This document shows, one piece after another, positions 57,928-64,000 of a DNA stretch of 64,000 nucleotides. The position numbers were made by a program, and so were the translations under genes. Position 1 is the stretch's first letter. Every line of letters begins with the position of its first letter. Source of the stretch: Turneriella sp. (GTDB lineage: Bacteria > Spirochaetota > Leptospiria > Turneriellales > Turneriellaceae); contig CBDIID010000003.1 in assembly GCA_965279515.1 (NCBI GenBank), positions 2,016,001-2,080,000 of the forward strand, read 5' to 3'. The notes below the pieces were generated by a model, which was given only the letters and a program-made list of their open reading frames with translations, was not told where the DNA came from and made no database searches.

Positions 57928-59061
57928 TCAGGCAGACGCCAGTTGAAAAACTTCTCTTTCGACGGCAAGTTCGGCTTCACCCAGCGTTGCCTCGGCATCG
58001 AGAAATTCGCGGTGCACATGGCCTTCGCGCGTCGCACTGCAATAAGCGTTGAACAGGAAGTTGATCAGCTGTTTCATTTTCTCCTGCGGTAACGGCAGGT
58101 TAAAACCCACGCGGTATGACAGGTTAATCACCTTGCGCACCAGCGAACCGCCGAATTCAAAGACATCGATACCGAGTTCTGCAAAATCCGGTTCCATCTT
58201 CATCGCCAGGGGAATCGCGGGCAATACCAGCATAAAACGTTTAACCGTCGCTGCGGGATTATTTTTCTCCCACCATGTCAGCGGCTGCGTTTTGAGATAA
58301 TTCGTCGGCAGCGCGCAATGGCGCGATTCATCGAGGTGGAACATCTGCAGAATCTCAAGGCCGGGAAATTTACTGAGCGCGCCGAAGATACTCAGTGCAA
58401 TCCCTTCGACCAGGACATTCATGCCAAAGAATTTTTCGAGCCCCTTGGAGCGCAGCGTGCCTTCGAGAATGACATATTCCCAGACCGGAAGCCGCGGAAT
58501 TTCCATGCCGAAGGCATGGATCAGTTCGCGCAACACCACGAAGTGTTTGGCTTCTTCAAGCACCTGCATGGTCAGCGCCGCCTTGGCGCCCGTGCTTTTC
58601 ACGTCGCGCAAGACTTCGTTCGACACCAGCCAGGCATAGGCCTCACCATGGCCGATCATCGCCAAAATATTGACAATCGCCTGTTTCTGCGCCGGTGTGT
58701 ATTCACGGTCGAGCAGCGCACGAAATTCTGCGGACTGCATTCTTTCCATCTGCGTCCGTTCGGCTGCATTCAGGGATTGATCCGCCATCTGCGCCAGCAA
58801 CTCTTCGTCTTTGCTGAGATCGTGGAAACTTGACCAGGAAGCATGCTGCTCCGCCTTCCACAACAGGCGCAGGCTCTTGTCATAATGCTTTTTGCGCAAT
58901 TCATCGTTGGGGCCGCCGATAAACTCGTAGTGTTCATCGTCATAATCGGCCTTTCTGCCCCGCACCATGTCGAGGCCGCGGATGGCGGAATTCAGGTATT
59001 TCTCAATCGTGTCATTCCATTGCCCCGCGGCGGCATTGGTTTTAAGCTTATTCAATTTCAT
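57928..59061 (-). CDS. Ferritin-like diiron protein
   Basis: E...EEAKH...E...DESRH ligand pattern. GGAGG SD. Confidence 0.8.
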   Translation of the reverse strand: MKLNKLKTNAAAGQWNDTIEKYLNSAIRGLDMVRGRKADYDDEHYEFIGGPNDELRKKHYDKSLRLLWKAEQHASWSSFHDLSKDEELLAQMADQSLNAAERTQMERMQSAEFRALLDREYTPAQKQAIVNILAMIGHGEAYAWLVSNEVLRDVKSTGAKAALTMQVLEEAKHFVVLRELIHAFGMEIPRLPVWEYVILEGTLRSKGLEKFFGMNVLVEGIALSIFGALSKFPGLEILQMFHLDESRHCALPTNYLKTQPLTWWEKNNPAATVKRFMLVLPAIPLAMKMEPDFAELGIDVFEFGGSLVRKVINLSYRVGFNLPLPQEKMKQLINFLFNAYCSATREGHVHREFLDAEATLGEAELAVEREVFQLASA

Positions 59062-59136
59062 TTTTCCTCCTAACCCGGGTCCCCCCGGGTTTAAACTAGG
59101 GATAAAATGATCTTTTTATAATCTATTATATCTTGT

Positions 59137-59176
59137 CTAGCAGAAAACTATACTCTGATGTATAGTTTTCTGCTAG
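59137..59176. repeat. Perfect 17-bp inverted repeat (operator or terminator)
   Basis: CTAGCAGAAAACTATAC-TCTGAT-GTATAGTTTTCTGCTAG. Confidence 0.75.
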
Positions 59177-59205
59177 GTGCCATCGCTTTTCTGACTTTGT
59201 TGCGG

Positions 59206-60531
59206 TTATTCCGGCTTTCTCAGATCCCGCGATAAAGGGATAAACAAAACCTTATCGATTCGCGGGCCATCCATATCGAGAATTTCCAGCCTGCCTTGCG
59301 GAATATCGATATCTTTCCCTTCAGCGGTGATACTTTGAAGCTCAGCCGCCAGAAAACCAGCGACAGTTGAAAAAGGTAAGGCTATCCCGGTATCTTTAAC
59401 GAGACCGAAACCGAAGGCGGTATGGAACTCACCGAGCGGCAGGGTACCATCGAGCACAAAATTTCCATCGTCGCGGCGGCGAATGCGTTGTTCCATTGTT
59501 CCTTCCATCGGCGGCAAATCGCCCACGATCGCTTCGAGTATATCATGGAGCGTTGCGACGCCCTGTATCCCGCCGAATTCATCGGTGACGATGGAAAAAT
59601 GTTTTTTCGTCTGTTTGAACACTTCGAGTAATTTCGAAGCCTTCATTGTTTCGGGAACAAAGAGTGGCGCGATCAGGTATTCGCGCAGGTTTTTTACGGA
59701 ATTCTGGCTGATATCAACAAGAAGGGGGCGCACAGGCAAAACCCCGACGATGCTATCCAACGAGCCCCTTGCCACCGGAAAATAGGAATGACTCTTTACC
59801 CGGATAACATCCAGGTTCTCCGCGAGATCCGCCGAAATGTCGAGCCAGACCAGGGCGGGCCGGGGTGTCATGAGGGTAACCACTGCAATATCATTAAGGT
59901 TGAATACATTCTCAACCATATGTTTCTCGGAAGATAACACTGCGCCGGTTTCATGCCCTTCGCGGATCATCATGCGGATTTCCTCTTCGGTAACCTTTGT
60001 TCTCGCCATCTTCGGAACGCCCATAAGTTTTAACAGTATTTTTGCCGAAAAGCTGAGTATTGCTGAGAACGGCATTAAGAGTGTGGTAACCATTTTCAGG
60101 GGGTGGGCAAGGACTACCGCGATGGCCTCCGGGTGTCTCACCGCGAGGCTCTTGGGCACAAGTTCGCCGATAACGACGGAAAAGTAGGTGACAATAAACA
60201 CGACGAGAAGGAATGCCGACGATCCGGCATGGTCGGCAAACGCCGGGAATTTGTCCTTCAAAAACCCGGCGAGCGCTTCGGCGGCGGCGGCACCACTCAA
60301 TACGCCCGTCAAAATGGACATAAGGGTAACCGCAATCTGGATCGTGGAAAAAAATCGCTCGGGATCCTTGAGAATCCGCAGAACAACCTTTGCGCCGCTT
60401 CTGCCCTTATCGGCCATGACCTGCAGGCGCGCCGTGCGGCACGACACCACCGCCATTTCAGCCAACGAAAAAATACCGTTCAATAGGATCAGAACGGGGA
60501 TAAGAATGAGTTCAAGGAGTGCCTGATTCAC
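59206..60531 (-). CDS. Hemolysin-family/CNNM protein (DUF21 + CBS + CorC)
   Basis: NG.F...E.A, GELVPK, MTPR, DEFGG..G..T..D..E.IVG motifs. Confidence 0.92.
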   Translation of the reverse strand: MNQALLELILIPVLILLNGIFSLAEMAVVSCRTARLQVMADKGRSGAKVVLRILKDPERFFSTIQIAVTLMSILTGVLSGAAAAEALAGFLKDKFPAFADHAGSSAFLLVVFIVTYFSVVIGELVPKSLAVRHPEAIAVVLAHPLKMVTTLLMPFSAILSFSAKILLKLMGVPKMARTKVTEEEIRMMIREGHETGAVLSSEKHMVENVFNLNDIAVVTLMTPRPALVWLDISADLAENLDVIRVKSHSYFPVARGSLDSIVGVLPVRPLLVDISQNSVKNLREYLIAPLFVPETMKASKLLEVFKQTKKHFSIVTDEFGGIQGVATLHDILEAIVGDLPPMEGTMEQRIRRRDDGNFVLDGTLPLGEFHTAFGFGLVKDTGIALPFSTVAGFLAAELQSITAEGKDIDIPQGRLEILDMDGPRIDKVLFIPLSRDLRKPE

Positions 60532-60568
60532 GTTTAATCCACCTGATCAATGGATTACCATCAGGTGC

Positions 60569-63500
60569 TTAAACGCGCCGCTTTTTCCGTTTCTTTTTCG
60601 GCGACTCTTCAGCGTCTTCGGCAAAGCCAATTTCAACCGTAGCAGCCGGCAACGCGGGATACGCCGGTGCTGAAGACGTAAGCGGCGGCGGAACCGGGCC
60701 GCGTCTGGAGAAAATCATCGTGTAGAGTGCAGGCAGAAGCAGCGCAGTGAGCATCGTCGCAATAATAAGACCGCCGATCACCACACTCGCCAGGGGTTTT
60801 TGAACCTCAGAACCCAGTCCCGAGTTGATCGCCATCGGCAGAAAACCGAGGCCGGCCACAAGAGTTGTGATGATCACGGGCCTGAAACGATCGAGAGTGC
60901 CTTCGAGTACGAGTTTCTTTACATCCGCGTCGGGGAATTTCTCTCGTTGTTCATCATAATGGCTTACGAGAACGAGACTGTTGAGAATCGCAATGCCCAT
61001 AAGAGCAATAAATCCCACACCCGCTGAGATACTGAAATTAATACCGATCGCGTTGAGAGTCAAAACCCCGCCAACGATCGCCGTCGGTATGCCCATAAAA
61101 ACGAGCAGCGACTGCTTATAGCTGCCGAAATAACGGATCAGCAGCAAAAAGATGGCGGCGAGCGTAATCGGAACGATGATCGCGAGGCGAGCCTTGGCGC
61201 GCTGCAAATTCTTAAACTGCCCGCCCCAGGTGATCTGATAAAACTCGGGCAACTGCAGTTCCTGGCTGATCGCCGCTTTGGCATTTCTCACAAATGTCTC
61301 AACGTCGATGTCGCCGAGGTTAATCGACAGCGCAGCATAACGACGTCCCTGGCTGCGCGCAATCGTTGAAACCTGATCCCGTTCTTCAATATTCGCGACC
61401 TTGTAGAGCGGCACGCTGCCGCCGGCATCGAGGCCAACCGGAATATTACGGATCTGTTTCACATCGTTGCGCAATTTAGGATCGAGCCGCGTGATGATGG
61501 GAAACCGGAACGCCCCCTCGTAGAGATTGCCGATCTTATGCCCGCTCATCGCCATTTCGACGACCCGGTTGACGTCTTGTAAGGCGAGGCCGTAGTATGA
61601 AATCGCGTTATAGTTGAGCTCAATGTCGAGTACCGGGCTTTTTGTCAGCGCAATAATCGGGTCGGATTGTACGCTGGCGACACCCTTGATTTTTTCGACG
61701 ATCGCTTTTCCCTTATCGGAAAGTTCTGCGAGTTTATCGATGTCGAGACCATAGATCCTCATCGTGACATCAGCGCGCGAGCCCTCTAGCATTTCGTTGA
61801 AACGCATCTCGATGGGCTGGGTTTTTGAGGCTTCCTGCTGGCCGATAGATTTATCGGCTGCGATGGCATCGATCATTTCCTGGTATAACGCGTCTTTGCT
61901 GATAGTTTTTCCGTTTTTCTTTCTCCACTTAGAGAGATCTTTTTCGAGAATAACGAAGGTGTCTGAGAAAAACACACCCGCGGGGTCGGTTGCCGACTGC
62001 GGAGTACCAAAGCGGCTAAAAACCTCTTTCACCTCGGGAAAACTCTTGATGATGTCGTCGGATTTTTTCTGCGTGGCCAGAACAGAATCATAGCCCGCAT
62101 AGACCGGCCGGCTGAAGTTGATGACCATATCACCTTCGTTGAGCTGAGGAATAAAATCTCCACCCATGCGGAAAAACAAACCGACCGAAAGGACAGTGAG
62201 TGCCAGGGTGGGTAAGATAATCGGCCAGGGCCGGTTCAGGGCAAAATTCAGCAGCGGCTCATAACCCTTAAGTATATAACGCAGGATAAAGGGGGTCGGA
62301 TGCCCACCGGTGTGGGAATCTTTATGCACTTTCAGCTTGAAAAACATGTACCCGAGTACGGGCATCAGTACAATTGCCAGCACGAGACTCGCCGCAATCG
62401 CGAGCAGCACCGTCTGCGCCATGGGCCTGAACATTTTGCCTTCGACGCCTTCGAGCGCAAAAAGCGGAATGAACACACCCATGATGATGACAAGCGCAGT
62501 AATAATAGGCTTCAATACCTCGATTGAAGATTCGAGAATCAGGTTGCGCTTTCGGTGTCCCTCGAGCGGCAGCGACCAGTCATGCTCTTCCATGCGCCGT
62601 ATCATGTTTTCGAACATCACCACGGAACCATCGACCAAAAGACCAAAGTCGATGGCGCCAAGGCTCATCAGGTTACCCGAAACGTTAAAGTAGTTCATCC
62701 CGATCACGGCAATCAGCATTGAAATCGGAATCGCCAGCGAAACGAGAATCGCGGCCCGCACATTGCCGAGAATCATTAATAATACAACAACGACAAACCC
62801 GGCACCCTCGGCGAGATTCTTAAAGACGGTCTTGATTGTTGCATTCACGAGGTAGTCGCGCGAATAAAGCGCACGTACCTGGACATCCTGAGGCAGATCG
62901 AGCTCCTTGAAGGCTTCGCCGATCGCCGCGGCAACGTTGCGGCTATTGGCACCGGCAAGCATCATCGGCATACCGATCACGGCTTCTTCACCGCGGTAAG
63001 TCGCACCGCCGAGCGGCTGCGGATGATGAATGGTCACTTCGCAAATCTCGCCCAATTTAACAGGTGCACCAAAAAACGAGCGTTTGACCGGCACTTTTCG
63101 GATTTTGTCGAGATCGGTCACACGCCCGAGCGTACGGATGACAATCTGCTTTCCGTCGCGCTGGATATAGCCGCCGCCATAATTCTCACCGATCGTGTTG
63201 AGACGTTCTGCCACCTGTTCAATCGTCAGGCCGTATTGCTCGAGCTTCTTGGTATTGATGTTAACGTGGATTTCTTTCGGATAGCCGCCAAAGGTATCGA
63301 CATCGGCCACACCTTTGACGCCTTTGAGCTGCCGTTTAATCGTGTAATCCTGAACGGTTCGCAGGTAGATGAGGCGATCTTTCGCCGGCTTTTTCGCCAT
63401 CTCGCTGCCGGGCTTTGCTTCGACAACGTAGAAAAAAACTTCCCCGAGGCCTGTCGAAAGCGGGGCAAGCTCAGGTACGATGCCGGCGGGCAGTGAATCC

Positions 63501-63853
63501 TGAACCTGGTTCAGGCGTTCGCTGATTTGTTGCCGGGCTAGATAGACATTCGTGTCTTCTTCGAAAACGATTGTAATCAGGGAGAGACCATACTTGGAGA
63601 TCGAACGTATCTCCTCCACTTTGGGAATCCCCTGTAATTCGGTTTCAATGATATAGGTAACGGTGGATTCCACCTTTTGCGGATCGAGCGCGCCTGTTTT
63701 TGTAATCACCATCGACTGGACGTTCGTGATATCCGGCACCGCATCGACGGGCAGCCGCAGCGCCGAAAACACGCCGGCGATACAGAGCATGACAACCGCG
63801 CCGAGCAGAATCGGGCGGTTATTCAGCGCGCCATCAATGATTTTGGAAAACAT
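60569..63853 (-). CDS. CusA/CzcA-family heavy-metal efflux RND transporter
   Basis: DAVPDIT, GNLMSLGAIDFG..VDG, EGKMFRPMA, RFRPV..T, G.EVQKPLA motifs. Confidence 0.95.
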   Translation of the reverse strand: MFSKIIDGALNNRPILLGAVVMLCIAGVFSALRLPVDAVPDITNVQSMVITKTGALDPQKVESTVTYIIETELQGIPKVEEIRSISKYGLSLITIVFEEDTNVYLARQQISERLNQVQDSLPAGIVPELAPLSTGLGEVFFYVVEAKPGSEMAKKPAKDRLIYLRTVQDYTIKRQLKGVKGVADVDTFGGYPKEIHVNINTKKLEQYGLTIEQVAERLNTIGENYGGGYIQRDGKQIVIRTLGRVTDLDKIRKVPVKRSFFGAPVKLGEICEVTIHHPQPLGGATYRGEEAVIGMPMMLAGANSRNVAAAIGEAFKELDLPQDVQVRALYSRDYLVNATIKTVFKNLAEGAGFVVVVLLMILGNVRAAILVSLAIPISMLIAVIGMNYFNVSGNLMSLGAIDFGLLVDGSVVMFENMIRRMEEHDWSLPLEGHRKRNLILESSIEVLKPIITALVIIMGVFIPLFALEGVEGKMFRPMAQTVLLAIAASLVLAIVLMPVLGYMFFKLKVHKDSHTGGHPTPFILRYILKGYEPLLNFALNRPWPIILPTLALTVLSVGLFFRMGGDFIPQLNEGDMVINFSRPVYAGYDSVLATQKKSDDIIKSFPEVKEVFSRFGTPQSATDPAGVFFSDTFVILEKDLSKWRKKNGKTISKDALYQEMIDAIAADKSIGQQEASKTQPIEMRFNEMLEGSRADVTMRIYGLDIDKLAELSDKGKAIVEKIKGVASVQSDPIIALTKSPVLDIELNYNAISYYGLALQDVNRVVEMAMSGHKIGNLYEGAFRFPIITRLDPKLRNDVKQIRNIPVGLDAGGSVPLYKVANIEERDQVSTIARSQGRRYAALSINLGDIDVETFVRNAKAAISQELQLPEFYQITWGGQFKNLQRAKARLAIIVPITLAAIFLLLIRYFGSYKQSLLVFMGIPTAIVGGVLTLNAIGINFSISAGVGFIALMGIAILNSLVLVSHYDEQREKFPDADVKKLVLEGTLDRFRPVIITTLVAGLGFLPMAINSGLGSEVQKPLASVVIGGLIIATMLTALLLPALYTMIFSRRGPVPPPLTSSAPAYPALPAATVEIGFAEDAEESPKKKRKKRRV

Positions 63854-63998
63854 AGAGATCCCCTTGATATATCACACTGTCGCCCATAAGATAAATCATC
63901 TGCGCAATGACCTTGACGAGTTCGAGCTGGGTTTCATAATAAGAACTAAGCGCTTCATGCGTTTTCAGCTCCAGTTCAAGATACGAAAGCAGGTCGAT
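63834..63998 (-). CDS. TolC-family outer-membrane protein, C-terminal fragment (truncated by window edge)
   Basis: IDLLSYLELE..HE..Y..Q..L...G helix typical of TolC C-termini. Overlaps the RND gene start. Confidence 0.6.
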   Translation of the reverse strand: MDLLSYLELELKTHEALSSYYETQLELVKVIAQMIYLMGDSVIYQGDLYVFQNH

Positions 63999-64000
63999 GC

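Overview
Gene-dense bacterial chromosomal window with about 60 CDS and no rRNA, tRNA, CRISPR array, transposase or prophage that I could detect. The gene content (DUF1564-like protein, SBBP and FG-GAP surface lipoproteins, stand-alone HATPase-like protein) suggests a Leptospiraceae spirochete, Turneriella-like; this is inferred from family recognition, not from a search. Housekeeping genes include metH, htrA, recX, recJ, lon, dusA, a glpD-like gene, a panE-like gene and a CusA/CzcA pump with a partial TolC. Most notable: (1) a CutF/CruR-like Cys/His, PPP-ending leader ORF whose Pro codons carry an anti-Shine-Dalgarno for a downstream exported 14-Cys metallothionein-like protein (13.9-14.7 kb); (2) an E3-less acsA-pdhABC-ACP operon with a nearby Sfp-type PPTase (17-23 kb); (3) GC-rich palindromic repeat elements translated in frame inside pdhC, pdhA, acsA and metH; (4) a small gene with no canonical start codon, missed by the ORF track, forming a TA-like pair (32.9-33.3 kb); (5) an uncharacterised hydrophobic-hairpin plus helical-protein pair (1.6-2.9 kb); (6) several operator-like and MITE-like inverted repeats.
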